Shown piece by piece: positions 19,506 to 29,746 of a DNA stretch of 64,000 bases (position 1 is its first letter; every line of letters begins with the position of its first letter). The translations under genes were made by a program, and so were the position numbers. This DNA comes from Minisyncoccota bacterium (GTDB lineage: Bacteria > Patescibacteriota > Minisyncoccia > Phycocordibacterales > XYD1-FULL-46-19): assembly GCA_040879645.1 (NCBI GenBank), contig JBBDJY010000016.1:11064-75063 (forward strand). Direction: 5' to 3'. The notes beneath the pieces are model-generated. The model searched no databases. It had not been told where the DNA came from and saw nothing but the letters and a program-made list of their open reading frames with translations.

Positions 19506-20846
19506 ATGAAAATTTTGACGATAGCGGTAATTTTGACCGTTGGTTTTTTCGGCTTTGGTTTTGGCCGGGCTTTGCCGATCGTGGCTCAAACTGCCGAACA
19601 CGAAAAATTACTCGAAGCGGAATTAGCCCGAGTGGAAGCGGAAATCGCCAAAAATCAAAAATTACTCGGCGCCAAACAACAAGAAACCGCTTCCATTGCC
19701 CGAGACGTTGATATTTTAACTTTCCAAATCAATCAAGCCAAGCTTAAAATTCAAGCGGCGGAATTGGCTATTAGGCGTCTGGGTACCGATATTGAAGACC
19801 GCAATCAATATATTTCTGTTTTAGACGAGAAAATCAGTGAAGACAAACAGTCGTTGGCCGAATTACTGCGTAAAGCGAGGCAAATTGACGATGTCAGTCT
19901 GATGGAAGTCATTTTGCGTAATGACAATATTTCCGATGTTTTTGCCGATCTGGATTCTTTCAGTTCGATTCAAGAAGCCCTGCATCAATCTTTCTCCGAA
20001 GTCCGGAATAATCAAGATGTCGCCGAAGAAGAAAAAACCAACTTAAGCCGAAAACGGGATGCCGAATTACAAGCAAAGATAGTGATTGAACAAGAAAAAC
20101 GGACGATTGAACAAAAGGAAGCCGAAAAACAGCGTTTATTGCGATTGTCCAAATCGGAAGAAAACAGTTACCGTCAAGTTATCGCCCAACGCGAAGCTGA
20201 TCGCCAAGCCATTCGGAGCGCTCTTTTCCGTCTGCGTAACGTGACGGCCATCTCCTTTGGTGAGGCCTATGACTTGGCGGTTAAGGTCAGTGCCAATACC
20301 GGTGTCCGAGCGGCTTTGATTTTAGCCATCATCACCCAAGAATCCAATTTGGGCGAGAATGTCGGTACTTGCAATCGGGCCGGCGATCCGGAGTCCAAGA
20401 GTTGGCGGAATATTATGCCCGGACCGAATGACGGCTATCGTTCCTATCGCGATGACCAGACGCTTTTCTTGAAAATTGCCGAAGAATTGGGCTTGGATCC
20501 GAATACGACGCCCTTATCTTGCCCAATGGGCGGCGGTTGGGGTGGGGCAATGGGTCCGTCGCAATTTATCCCGACCACTTGGATGTCTTACCGTGATCGG
20601 ATTGCCGCGACAACGGGCAATAATCCTCCCAATCCTTGGTTGCCGGAAGATGCCTTTACCGCCACCAGTCTTTTGTTGCGCGATTTGGGCGCCGCCGCCG
20701 GTACCTTTAGTGCCGAACGGGAAGCCGCTTTGCGTTATTATGCCGGCGGTAATTGGCATAAACCGCAAAATGCCTTTTATGGCAATTCGGTGATGAATAT
20801 TGCCGAAGGCTATGAACGGCAAATCAGCATATTGCAAGGGACATAA
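19506..20846 (+). CDS. Secreted coiled-coil + lytic murein transglycosylase
   Basis: Signal peptide, long coiled coil, LAIITQES.LG and GAMGPSQFIPTTW motifs. Confidence 0.88.
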   Translation: MKILTIAVILTVGFFGFGFGRALPIVAQTAEHEKLLEAELARVEAEIAKNQKLLGAKQQETASIARDVDILTFQINQAKLKIQAAELAIRRLGTDIEDRNQYISVLDEKISEDKQSLAELLRKARQIDDVSLMEVILRNDNISDVFADLDSFSSIQEALHQSFSEVRNNQDVAEEEKTNLSRKRDAELQAKIVIEQEKRTIEQKEAEKQRLLRLSKSEENSYRQVIAQREADRQAIRSALFRLRNVTAISFGEAYDLAVKVSANTGVRAALILAIITQESNLGENVGTCNRAGDPESKSWRNIMPGPNDGYRSYRDDQTLFLKIAEELGLDPNTTPLSCPMGGGWGGAMGPSQFIPTTWMSYRDRIAATTGNNPPNPWLPEDAFTATSLLLRDLGAAAGTFSAEREAALRYYAGGNWHKPQNAFYGNSVMNIAEGYERQISILQGT

Positions 20847-20888
20847 TTGTATGGTAAGCTGAATCCGTTTTAGGAAATTTTAGACACT

Positions 20889-21170
20889 ATGAAAAAAGAT
20901 ATTCACCCAAAATATTACGATCAAGCGGTCATTACTTGCGCTTGCGGCCATGTTTTTCCGGTTGGTTCAACCAAAGAAAAAATGACGGTGGAAGTTTGCA
21001 GTCAATGCCATCCGTTTTTCACCGGTAAAGAAAAAATCATGGACACGGCCGGTCGAGTGGAAAAATTCCGCGCTCGGCAAAAAAAAGCCGTTGCCCACAA
21101 AAAGCCCGCCAAGTCTTCGGCCAACCCCAAGGCCAAAGTGGAGGCCGACAAGGTCGAAACTAAAAAATAA
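20889..21170 (+). CDS. rpmE: 50S ribosomal protein L31
   Basis: [29 protein letters not shown]. Confidence 0.97.
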   Translation: MKKDIHPKYYDQAVITCACGHVFPVGSTKEKMTVEVCSQCHPFFTGKEKIMDTAGRVEKFRARQKKAVAHKKPAKSSANPKAKVEADKVETKK

Positions 21171-21208
21171 CCCAGACTGTCGGTGATGATTCGTCCGACA
21201 GCTTACTT

Positions 21209-22171
21209 ATGGATTTAACTGAATTTCGCGACAATCCCAAAACCGCTTACTTCGTGGCGGAAATTGAGCGTCTTGATAAAAAAATAGAGGAGACTAAAAA
21301 TTTGGCGGCCGCCGATCCGGCGGTCGCCGATTTGGCGGAACAAGAAATCAGTGACTTGACTGAGGCCAAAAAAGAATTAACAGACCGAATTAGCGAAATC
21401 AGCGCCAAAGAAGCCGAAGCCGAAGCCAAGCCGGAGGGTTGTATTTTAGAAATTAGAGCCGGGGCCGGCGGGGAAGAGTCGGCTTTATTTGTCGCTGATT
21501 TGGCTTTGATGTATTCTCGTTTTGCTGAAATAAAGGGTTGGACGATTAAAAAGATTGATGAATCGGCCAGTGGCTTGGGTGGTTATAAAGAAATTTTCTT
21601 TGAAATCAAAGAACCGGTAGCTTACGATGCCTTGCGATTTGAAACCGGTGTTCACCGGGTTCAGCGGATACCGGCGACCGAAAAACAAGGTCGGGTCCAT
21701 ACTTCGACCGCTTCGGTGGCGGTAATGCCGATTTTTCGTAAAGAGAAAATGGTGATTGACCCGTCGGATTTGGAATTTGAAACTTCGCGTTCCGGCGGGG
21801 CCGGCGGTCAGAATGTGAATAAGGTGGAAACGGCGGTTCGGATTATTCATAAACCAACCGGTTTGGCGGTCCGTTGTACCAGCGAGCGAACCCAGCAACG
21901 CAATCGGGAAAAAGCGTTGGAATTATTGACCAGTCGGTTGGTGGCTCGCCGAATAGAAGAAGAGCGGGCCAAAGAAACGGCCACTCGGCGGAGCCAAATC
22001 GGCACCGGTGATCGATCGGAAAAAATCCGCACTTACAATATTTTACAAGACCGGATTACTGATCACCGCCTTAAAGAATCTTGGCATAATATTGAAAACA
22101 TTATGTCCGGCCAACTTGAGCCGATTATTGAAAAATTAGCTGCCGTCGATTTGACTGATACCGAAGATTAA
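21209..22171 (+). CDS. prfA: Peptide chain release factor 1
   Basis: [12 protein letters not shown] (PxT), [18 protein letters not shown]. Confidence 0.95.
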   Translation: MDLTEFRDNPKTAYFVAEIERLDKKIEETKNLAAADPAVADLAEQEISDLTEAKKELTDRISEISAKEAEAEAKPEGCILEIRAGAGGEESALFVADLALMYSRFAEIKGWTIKKIDESASGLGGYKEIFFEIKEPVAYDALRFETGVHRVQRIPATEKQGRVHTSTASVAVMPIFRKEKMVIDPSDLEFETSRSGGAGGQNVNKVETAVRIIHKPTGLAVRCTSERTQQRNREKALELLTSRLVARRIEEERAKETATRRSQIGTGDRSEKIRTYNILQDRITDHRLKESWHNIENIMSGQLEPIIEKLAAVDLTDTED

Positions 22172-22311
22172 ACTTTAGATGATGGCTGGACGATGGATTT
22201 TTGATACCCCTAAGGCCAAATTTCTCGAGGCCGGGACGAGGACTTTCTCCGCTTGCCGATTTTGTCTCGACTATTGCTCAAATAAGGTTATTTTGTTAGA
22301 CTGTTTTTCGT

Positions 22312-23106
22312 ATGACTGAAGCGGTAAAAATAGACAAACAAGAAGAATTGATTCGTCGCCTGTTTACTATGGGGGCGCATTTGGGCTTTTCTCGTCGCCG
22401 ACGCCATCCGTCAGTGGATAAATTTATTTATGGCTACAAAAATAATACGGCGGTGATTGATTTGGAAAAGACGGTCAGTTCTTTAGACAGGGCTTGCGAA
22501 TTTATGGCTCGTCTGGGTCGCGAGCGGTCAACCATTATTTTTGTCGGTAATAAGCCGGAGGCGCGATTAGCCATTAAAAAGGCGGCCGCTTCAATTAATA
22601 TGCCCTATGTCGCCTATCGCTGGATTGGTGGCACTTTGACCAATTTTAAACAAATTAAAAGCCGAATTGATCGCTTACATTGGCTGAAAGAAGCCGAAAG
22701 TACCGGCGAGTTAGCTAAATACAAAAAGAAAGAAAGGCTGGTTCTGGCTAAAGAGCGCGATGATTTGGAGCGGTATTTTGAAGGTATTTATGATTTGACC
22801 GCTTTGCCGAAAGCCCTCTTTGTCGTTGATGCTAAAGCGGAAGATATTGCCGTCGCCGAGGCCCGCTTGCTTAACATTCCGGTTGTGACTTTATCCAGTT
22901 CCGATTGCGATATTCGGGGGATTGACTATCCGATTATCGGTAATGATACCGCTCGTGATGCCGTGGCCTTTATGGCCGATACTTTAGCCACCGCCTATCG
23001 CGAAGGCTTAAAGACTGCCTCACCGGTCGAAGAAAATACCACTGACAAAAAACCAGAGGACCGCCCGGCGGCGGAAACCACCCGACCGGCGGTGGCGAAA
23101 TTATAA
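22312..23106 (+). CDS. rpsB: 30S ribosomal protein S2
   Basis: GAHLG, IDLEKT, RWIGGTLTNF, IDYPIIGND. Confidence 0.96.
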   Translation: MTEAVKIDKQEELIRRLFTMGAHLGFSRRRRHPSVDKFIYGYKNNTAVIDLEKTVSSLDRACEFMARLGRERSTIIFVGNKPEARLAIKKAAASINMPYVAYRWIGGTLTNFKQIKSRIDRLHWLKEAESTGELAKYKKKERLVLAKERDDLERYFEGIYDLTALPKALFVVDAKAEDIAVAEARLLNIPVVTLSSSDCDIRGIDYPIIGNDTARDAVAFMADTLATAYREGLKTASPVEENTTDKKPEDRPAAETTRPAVAKL

Positions 23107-23132
23107 AATTTTAATTTTAATGTTTGTTAAAT

Positions 23133-23588
23133 ATGATTTCCACCGATCAGATTAAGGAATTACGAGCCAAGACCGGTATTTCTATCGCTCAATGCAAACA
23201 AGCCTTGACCGAGACGGCCGGCGATATTGATAAGGCTTTGGCTGCTTTAAAAAAACAAGGAGCGGCGATTGCCGAGAAAAAGGCCGATCGCCGTCTGGGG
23301 GCGACGATTGTCCGTGCTTATATCCATGCCACCGATAATCTCGGTTCCTTGGTGGAAATTCAAACCGAAACCGATTTTGTCGCTAAAAATGAAGCTTTAA
23401 AGGATTTTGCGGCCGAGATGGCCATGCATATTGCCGCCGCCGATCCGAGTGATATTGATGAATTATTGGATCAGGATTTTATTAAAGATCCAAGCAAAAA
23501 AATAAGCGATTTGCTCAAAGAAAATATTCAAAAGTTCGGCGAGCGAATTGAAATCAAGCGCTTTGTTCGCTTTGACGGTTCAGCTTAG
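23133..23588 (+). CDS. tsf: Elongation factor Ts (short form)
   Basis: IKELRAKTG, ETDFVAKN, AMHIAA, GERIEIKRFVRF. Confidence 0.95.
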   Translation: MISTDQIKELRAKTGISIAQCKQALTETAGDIDKALAALKKQGAAIAEKKADRRLGATIVRAYIHATDNLGSLVEIQTETDFVAKNEALKDFAAEMAMHIAAADPSDIDELLDQDFIKDPSKKISDLLKENIQKFGERIEIKRFVRFDGSA

Positions 23589-23592
23589 ACTT

Positions 23593-23985
23593 ATGCAATC
23601 AACACTGCTCATTGCAGGAATAATATCGTTTATCATCGCCGGAGCGATTGTCGGCTGGCGATTGATTGAAATTCGCCGGGGAGCGGTTTTTCCCCGTCAA
23701 CCGGCCCTCTGGCCGATGATTGACCACTGGCTTGATGTTTTGGCTTTCTTTATCGTGACTGGCAGTAAAAGTTTATTGAAACAATCTTATCTTATTCTCC
23801 TTATTGCCGGTGAAAAATTGATTAAATTATTCAAGTATTTGATTTTGCGGGTGGAGCGGCGCTTTACCCGGGTCGTTAATCAAGTCAAAGGCCGGCATGA
23901 TATTTCCAAACGGGGTTCGGCCTCACTTTTCTTGCGCGAAATTAAAAGACATCAAGAAAATTGGCAAAATGGCAACGGTGCTTAA
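23593..23985 (+). CDS. Hypothetical membrane protein
   Basis: ATG 5 nt after the tsf stop; N-terminal TM helix; basic C-terminus. Confidence 0.7.
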   Translation: MQSTLLIAGIISFIIAGAIVGWRLIEIRRGAVFPRQPALWPMIDHWLDVLAFFIVTGSKSLLKQSYLILLIAGEKLIKLFKYLILRVERRFTRVVNQVKGRHDISKRGSASLFLREIKRHQENWQNGNGA

Positions 23986-24003
23986 GATTTGTTTAGACAC
24001 TAA

Positions 24004-24076
24004 GCCAGCATAGCTCAGTTGGTAGAGCAACGGTTTTGTAAACCGTAGGTCGTGGGTTCGAATCCCTCTGCTGGCT
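24004..24076 (+). tRNA. tRNA-Thr (TGT)
   Basis: GCCAGCA/TGCTGGC acceptor stem, GCTC/GAGC D-stem, ACGGT-TTTGTAA-ACCGT anticodon arm, GGTTCGAATCC T-loop; CCA not encoded. Confidence 0.97.
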
Positions 24077-24516
24077 CACAAACAAAGAGCCGAAAGCGGA
24101 TGCTTTCGGCGATTATTGTTTGTGCCAGTAGAGGGATGAGAACGGCGGAGCGCGCGAAGCCGACCGAGTGGTAACGAGGTCGAGCGCGAGCCGTGTCCCG
24201 CGGCACTTCATATTTTGTGAGTGGAATGAAACAAAATATGTTAGTGACCGTCAGGACGAATCCCCAGCTTCCTCACAAACAAAGAGCCGAAAGCGGATGC
24301 TTTCGGCGATTATTGTTTGTGCCAGTAGAGGGATGAGAACGGCGGAGCGCGCGAAGCCGACCGAGTGGTAACGAGGTCGAGCGCGAGCCGTGTCCCGCGG
24401 CACTTCATATTTTGTGAGTGGAATGAAACAAAATATGTTAGTGACCGTCAGGACGAATCCCCAGCTTCCTCACAAACAAAGAGCCCTCGGCGGATGCTTT
24501 CGGCGATTATTGTTTG
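24075..24516 (+). repeat. 197-bp tandem foldback repeat attached to the tRNA-Thr 3' end
   Basis: Units start at 24075, 24272 and 24469 (partial); units 1 and 2 are identical by eye. Confidence 0.95.
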
Positions 24517-24598
24517 CCCACGGACTGGAAAAAGTCAGAATCTGTTACTGGTCTCGATTCTATCATAAAATCATTCCATTTCATGCTAAAATGAGTAG

Positions 24599-25567
24599 AT
24601 GAAGAAAAATAATATTATCATCTATCAAGCTAAATCAGGTGCTCTTGAGTTCAAGAGTGATTTGAAAGAAGATACTATTTGGGCATCACAAATCCAAATA
24701 GCCGAGGCTTTTAAGGTAAATGTTCGTACAGTAAACGAACATATAATAAACATTTACAAAACAAAAGAACTATTTAAGAAAGGAACTATCCGGAAATTCC
24801 GGATAGTTCAAAAAGAAGGAAACAGAGAAATTTCTCGTGATATCCAGCACTATAACTTAGACATTATTTTGTCAGTTGGATATAGAGTTAACTCAAAAAA
24901 AGCAACTAAGTTTAGGCAATGGGCCACCAAAACCCTTAAAGACCATTTAGTTAAAGGATATACGATAAATCGAAAAAGAATCGATAAAAACTATCTTGAG
25001 TTTTTAAGATCAGTCGAAGAAGTTAAAAAACTTCTTCCCCAAGGGAATACCCTGTCAACAAAAGATACCTTGGAGCTAATCAAATTCTTTGCCGGCACTT
25101 GGCTTTCTCTGGAGGCCTACGATAAATCAACATTTTCTAAACAGGGCCTAACTAAAAAACAAGTCAAAATCACAGCCGATGAATTGGAGAACGCTATTGT
25201 CGATTTACGGCATAATCTAATCTCACAAAAAGAAACGACGGACATCTTTGCTCAAGAAAAATCAACCGGTTCCATTGCTGGCATTGTGGGGAATGTATTC
25301 CAAGGTTTTAATGGTAAAAACCTCTATCCAACCGTAGAAGAAAAGGCCGCCCATCTTTTATATTTTATAGTCAAAAACCACCCCTTTATTGATGGAAACA
25401 AGCGAAGTGGAGCTTTTGCTTTTGTTTGGTTTTTGAACAAAGCCGGTATTTTAAATAGAGATAGTTTTACTCCCGAAGCATTAACGGCTTTAACAATTTT
25501 AGTGGCTGAGAGTAATCCGAGTGATAAAGAAAAAGTTGTTGGTTTGATTTTGAATTTATTAAGGTGA
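24599..25567 (+). CDS. RhuM-like N-terminal + Fic/Doc domain protein
   Basis: TIWASQ..IAE.F, YNLDIILSVGYRVNS..AT.FRQWAT; Fic/Doc motif HPFIDGNKRSG; AT-rich. Confidence 0.92.
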   Translation: MKKNNIIIYQAKSGALEFKSDLKEDTIWASQIQIAEAFKVNVRTVNEHIINIYKTKELFKKGTIRKFRIVQKEGNREISRDIQHYNLDIILSVGYRVNSKKATKFRQWATKTLKDHLVKGYTINRKRIDKNYLEFLRSVEEVKKLLPQGNTLSTKDTLELIKFFAGTWLSLEAYDKSTFSKQGLTKKQVKITADELENAIVDLRHNLISQKETTDIFAQEKSTGSIAGIVGNVFQGFNGKNLYPTVEEKAAHLLYFIVKNHPFIDGNKRSGAFAFVWFLNKAGILNRDSFTPEALTALTILVAESNPSDKEKVVGLILNLLR

Positions 25568-25606
25568 TTTAACTTTTTATTCAATCCCAAATGATTGCCC
25601 CATTCT

Positions 25607-25655
25607 GAATCTTCAGCTTCCTCACAAACAAAAGCCCTCGGCGGATGCTTTCGGC
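25607..25655 (+). repeat. Distal partial copy of the tRNA-associated repeat
   Basis: gaatcttcagcttcctcacaaacaaaagccctcggcggatgctttcggc matches 24455..24504. Confidence 0.9.
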
Positions 25656-26035
25656 TACTTTTTATTTAAGTCAATCAGTTTTTTCAAATCCAGATCAATG
25701 TCCCCGGTTGAATCCAAATGCCGAGGGAAAAGGCTGTCATTAACAATATCATCACTACCCTGTGGTAAAACAAATACATTGCCACTTTCTGGATATTTAC
25801 CAAAAACAATTTTTAATCCCTCTGCTTGAAACCGAGTAATGAGTTCGTCTATCGGGGTTCCGTATCCGGGCAGTTCTTCTTGTTCCGCCTTTATTATTTC
25901 ATATGAATTTGGGTCGATACCGGGAAAAGGAAAATTTTCCTGATTTTCCGCCATTAGTTTTTCGACAAGTAAAATATATTCTTGTTTTCGTCGCTCTTTT
26001 TCCTGTTCAGGTGATGGGTTGGGAAATGATTCCAT
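25655..26035 (-). CDS. Hypothetical acidic protein
   Basis: 126-aa ORF with TATACT just upstream; stop codon abuts the distal repeat. Confidence 0.7.
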   Translation of the reverse strand: MESFPNPSPEQEKERRKQEYILLVEKLMAENQENFPFPGIDPNSYEIIKAEQEELPGYGTPIDELITRFQAEGLKIVFGKYPESGNVFVLPQGSDDIVNDSLFPRHLDSTGDIDLDLKKLIDLNKK

Positions 26036-26154
26036 TGCAGAGAAGTATAACAGAAAAGTTGTAAAAAGTTAATCTAATCTAAGGATAGCCGGATCCGTCA
26101 AAGAGGCCGGATTTTAAAATTTGAATTCAGGGCTAATTTCGCTATAATGGCTCT

Positions 26155-26982
26155 ATGATAGACAAAGCCGAACAACCGTCAAAATTGGGTCATCTTCATC
26201 CGAATAGTCAGATTATTTACGAGGTCTATGACTTAATGCGTCAGCTTGGCTTTAGTGTCGCTCTGGGGCCGGAAGTGGAAACCGAATTCTATAATTTTGA
26301 CGCTTTAAATATTCCACCGGATCATCCGGCTCGGGATATGCAGGATACTTTTTGGCTTAAGGCTCCGCCCGGTCTGCCCGGTCGGGCAGGCCCGTCCGAC
26401 CAAGCAGACCGGCCTGATGACCGTCTCTTGCGGACCCATACCAGTCCGGTCCAGATTCGCTATATGCAAGAGCATCAGCCGCCGTTTCGGATTATTGCGC
26501 CGGGGAGGGTTTTTCGTAATGAAGCGACCGATGCCACCCACGAAGCCCAGTTCCACCAGGTGGAAGGCTTAATGGTTGATCGGGATGTTTCTTTAAGTCA
26601 CTTGAAGGGGACATTAGAGTTTTTACTCAAAGGGTTGTTTGGTGATGATGTCCGTTTGCGCTTGCGTCCGAGTTTCTTTTCTTTTGTTGAGCCGGGTTTG
26701 GAAGTGGATATTTCTTGTTTTCGTTGCGGCGGACGGGCCCGCCCGGATGACTCGGTCGGACGGGCCCGTCATTGTATCTTATGCAAACAAACCGGCTGGA
26801 TAGAGGTTTTGGGTGCCGGCTTGGTCCATCCCAATGTTCTCTCGGCTGGGGGGTTAGACCCGAATGAGTGGCGCGGTTTTGCCTTTGGGGTCGGTGTTGA
26901 CCGCTTATCAATGCTTCGTTACGGCGTGGATGATGTCCGCTTGTTTTATGCCGGCGATATTCGTTTTATCAATCAATTTTAA
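26155..26982 (+). CDS. pheS: Phenylalanine-tRNA ligase alpha subunit (no N-terminal coiled coil)
   Basis: NFDALN.P.DHPARDMQDTF, LLRTHTSPVQ, FHQVEGL, GFAFG.G.DRL.ML.YG.DD.R. Confidence 0.97.
   Translation: MIDKAEQPSKLGHLHPNSQIIYEVYDLMRQLGFSVALGPEVETEFYNFDALNIPPDHPARDMQDTFWLKAPPGLPGRAGPSDQADRPDDRLLRTHTSPVQIRYMQEHQPPFRIIAPGRVFRNEATDATHEAQFHQVEGLMVDRDVSLSHLKGTLEFLLKGLFGDDVRLRLRPSFFSFVEPGLEVDISCFRCGGRARPDDSVGRARHCILCKQTGWIEVLGAGLVHPNVLSAGGLDPNEWRGFAFGVGVDRLSMLRYGVDDVRLFYAGDIRFINQF
26738..26764 (-). repeat. 27-bp family D element inside pheS
   Basis: cccgcccggatgactcggtcggacggg is the reverse complement of the gatB element with 1 mismatch; degenerate copies at ~26364..26422. Confidence 0.85.
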
Positions 26983-26985
26983 TCA

Positions 26986-28905
26986 ATGATTGTTTCCTAT
27001 AACTGGCTAAAAGAATATTTTGTTGATGATTTGCCGGCGCCGACAGAAGTGGCGGCCGCTTTAACCAAGTATGCCTTTGAAGTGGAATCATTGACCGAAA
27101 AAGACGGTGATACAATCCTTGATATTGATGTCTTACCCAATCGGGCTCATGACTGTTTGAGTCATGACGGTATTGCTCGTGAATTGTCGGCCAGTTTAAA
27201 CCTTCCGCTTAAAAAGATCGAGTTAACCGAGTCGGTCGAAGACGATACCCTTCCGACTTTGACGGTTAAAACCACTGACGAAGCTTGCCGACTATATTTG
27301 GGTCGGCGGACTAATCAGGTGACGGTCAAGTCGTCGCCGGCTTGGCTTAAAAATCGCTTGGCGGTGCTTGGTCAGCGTTCTATTAATACGGTGATTGATG
27401 CCGCCAATTTGACGATGCTGGCCACCGGCCAGCCCCTGCATGTATTTGACGCCGACAAAGTATCCGGGGCGATAACGGTTAGGCGGGCCAAGCGGGGCGA
27501 AGTAGTGGTGACTTTAGACGGTGACGAAATTGAATTACCCAATGAGACCTTGGTCATTGCCGATGATGACGACATTCTCGCCATTGCCGGCATTAAGGGT
27601 GGCCGAAAAGCGGCGGTATCGCTTGAAACCAAAAATCTCATTTTGGAATCGGCCAATTTTGCACCGGTGGTTATTCGGCGGACCAGTCAGAAGATAAATT
27701 TGCGGACGGATGCTTCCAAGCGTTTTGAAAACGATTTGCCGTTAAGCAGTGCTCGCCTCGGCTTAGACAGGCTAACCGCTTTGATTATTTCTTTAACCGA
27801 AGACAAGGGCGACGCCGACCGGCCGATGGCCGGTCCGGTGGTGGAGTTTTCTCGAGAATCAGAAACAATCAATAAGATAGATATTTCGGCCAACTTGGTT
27901 TCCGACTATCTCGGCCTGCCACTTAATGAAGATGATATTTCTGATATTTTGCATCGTTTGGATTTCGCTTTTTCTTTAACCGACGGCATTTTTACCGTTT
28001 GGCCGCCGGCCGAACGCTTAGACCTCTTATTGCCGGCTGACTTGGTCGAAGAGATTGGCCGTTTGCATGGTTATGAAAATATTCCGAGTGTCTTGCCGAC
28101 CAGAACCGAGCCGGCCGATGATGATTTGATGTTTTTGGCGGCGATGAAAGTCCGCGCCGTTTTGTTGGCCGAAAATTTTAGCGAGCATTACGGTTATGCT
28201 TTTACGAAGAAAGGTGAATTAAAAGTAAAAAATCCTTTAGCTAAAAATCGGCCGGCTTTGCGACTTAATTTGACCGATGAATTGACGGAAAAAACCAAAC
28301 GCAATACCGAGCATTTACTGTTTGACAGCGAAGCCGTTTTCTTGTTTGAAATCGGTACTATTTGGCCGGCCGGTCGGGAAGAAATGTCAGTCGGTTTAAG
28401 TGTTGCCTATCGTCGGCCGAAACAAAACAACAGCCGAGAAATAATTGAAAAGGCCTTGCGAGTACTGGAAAAAGCTTTTAACCTTAAGGACAAATTGTCG
28501 GTCTCCGAATTGGCCGACGACCTGTCAACCACGGTGGCCTTTCCTTTAACCGCTCTTGTTACCTCCGGAGATGATTCACCGGCTGATTTGGGGCCGTATC
28601 TCAAACCAAACGCTCGGTTTACGCCGATTATTAATTATCCGCGTATTATTCGTGATGTCGCCATTTTTGTGCCGGCGGAAATAGTGCCGGACAAAGTGGC
28701 CGCGGCCATCCTCGAACCGGCCGGTCCGCTTTTGGTCCACGGCCCGGTGTTATTTGATGATTTTACTAAAGACGGTCGGCGGTCGCTGGCTTGGCGTTTG
28801 GTCTTTCAATCGACCGAGCGGACTTTGGCGGATGAGGAAGTCAATGATATTATGACTAAAGTGACAAATCATTTGGAAAAAAATAACGGCTGGCAGGTAA
28901 GATAG
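26986..28905 (+). CDS. pheT: Phenylalanine-tRNA ligase beta subunit (short form)
   Basis: SYNWLKEY, PNRAHDCLS, GQPLHVFD, TDASKRFE, DLVEEIGRLHGY, RDVA, FQS.ERTL. Confidence 0.95.
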   Translation: MIVSYNWLKEYFVDDLPAPTEVAAALTKYAFEVESLTEKDGDTILDIDVLPNRAHDCLSHDGIARELSASLNLPLKKIELTESVEDDTLPTLTVKTTDEACRLYLGRRTNQVTVKSSPAWLKNRLAVLGQRSINTVIDAANLTMLATGQPLHVFDADKVSGAITVRRAKRGEVVVTLDGDEIELPNETLVIADDDDILAIAGIKGGRKAAVSLETKNLILESANFAPVVIRRTSQKINLRTDASKRFENDLPLSSARLGLDRLTALIISLTEDKGDADRPMAGPVVEFSRESETINKIDISANLVSDYLGLPLNEDDISDILHRLDFAFSLTDGIFTVWPPAERLDLLLPADLVEEIGRLHGYENIPSVLPTRTEPADDDLMFLAAMKVRAVLLAENFSEHYGYAFTKKGELKVKNPLAKNRPALRLNLTDELTEKTKRNTEHLLFDSEAVFLFEIGTIWPAGREEMSVGLSVAYRRPKQNNSREIIEKALRVLEKAFNLKDKLSVSELADDLSTTVAFPLTALVTSGDDSPADLGPYLKPNARFTPIINYPRIIRDVAIFVPAEIVPDKVAAAILEPAGPLLVHGPVLFDDFTKDGRRSLAWRLVFQSTERTLADEEVNDIMTKVTNHLEKNNGWQVR

Positions 28906-28907
28906 TT

Positions 28908-29024
28908 ATGATCAAGTTTATTTCTCAAGTTTTTTCTTTTGCCTACAATCTGATTCTTTTTTCGTTTTGGCTATCCTATTTGGCCTATCAAAAAGTTAAA
29001 GCACGGGGAGAGGAAGAAGAGTAG
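28908..29024 (+). CDS. Possible 38-aa single-TM peptide
   Basis: Own translation: MIKFISQVFSFAYNLILFSFWLSYLAYQKVKARGEEEE; starts 3 nt after pheT. Confidence 0.35.
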   Translation: MIKFISQVFSFAYNLILFSFWLSYLAYQKVKARGEEEE

Positions 29025-29097
29025 GTAAAATAAGATTGTTTGTTGTATTTTAAATTTTAGTTTACACAAACGGCCGTTTCGGCCATACTGTGATTAT

Positions 29098-29475
29098 ATG
29101 CCACTATTAAATGATTTCAGATGTGATAAGTGTGATTTTGAACTACCTTCAGGTTGGGGAGGATATACATATGTTATAAATCAAAAAGGCGATAGGATAC
29201 ACTGTCCTCATCCCGGAGAAAGAGACAAGATCAAGGAAATATTGGGTTACCGCAGATTTTTTGAGTATTTTATAAATAGGCGGATTGGCTTTCATTCAGA
29301 TTGTGTTTGTTTGGATTGTCTCAGCCAATTTAATTTAGATATAAAAAAAGATAAAATCGAATGTTCATTTTGTCGTTCTAATAACATAAAAACAGAATCA
29401 GATATGGTTGGACAAATTTGTCCTAAGTGCAAGGTAGGTACTGTTAGAGAAATCTATACTGGTTCTATGTGTTAG
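29098..29475 (+). CDS. Cys-rich (Zn-ribbon-like) hypothetical protein
   Basis: Four CxxC pairs plus CPHPGE; AT-rich. Confidence 0.75.
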   Translation: MPLLNDFRCDKCDFELPSGWGGYTYVINQKGDRIHCPHPGERDKIKEILGYRRFFEYFINRRIGFHSDCVCLDCLSQFNLDIKKDKIECSFCRSNNIKTESDMVGQICPKCKVGTVREIYTGSMC

Positions 29476-29746
29476 ATGTTCTTTATTTTTTATTTCACTT
29501 AAATTTTGAAAAAATTTAATAAAATTAACAAAACTAAATAGTTGTTCCAACTATGCCTAATAGGAATATAATCGGAGTCTCGGGCTTGAAAGTAATAGCC
29601 GGTCAATGCCGGCAATTCTTTGATGATCTGTTTTAATCGGGAGTTTCAATCAATGGATAGCCAAATCAGGCCTAAAATCAGGCGTTTTTGACCGGGAAAA
29701 TCACTTCTCTTTTTTGGGTAAATATGCTAGAATAGAGGGTATAAAT

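Noticed and set aside
24075-24516. CRISPR array or small ORFs (24168, 24365) in the tRNA-linked repeats
   Set aside because: The units are 197 bp with no unique spacers and there are no cas genes; the ORFs are by-products of the repeat.
27817-27835. gaccggcc-gat-ggccggtc palindrome in pheT as another coding insertion
   Set aside because: It is short, does not match family D, and GGCC/CCGG words are very frequent in this sequence.
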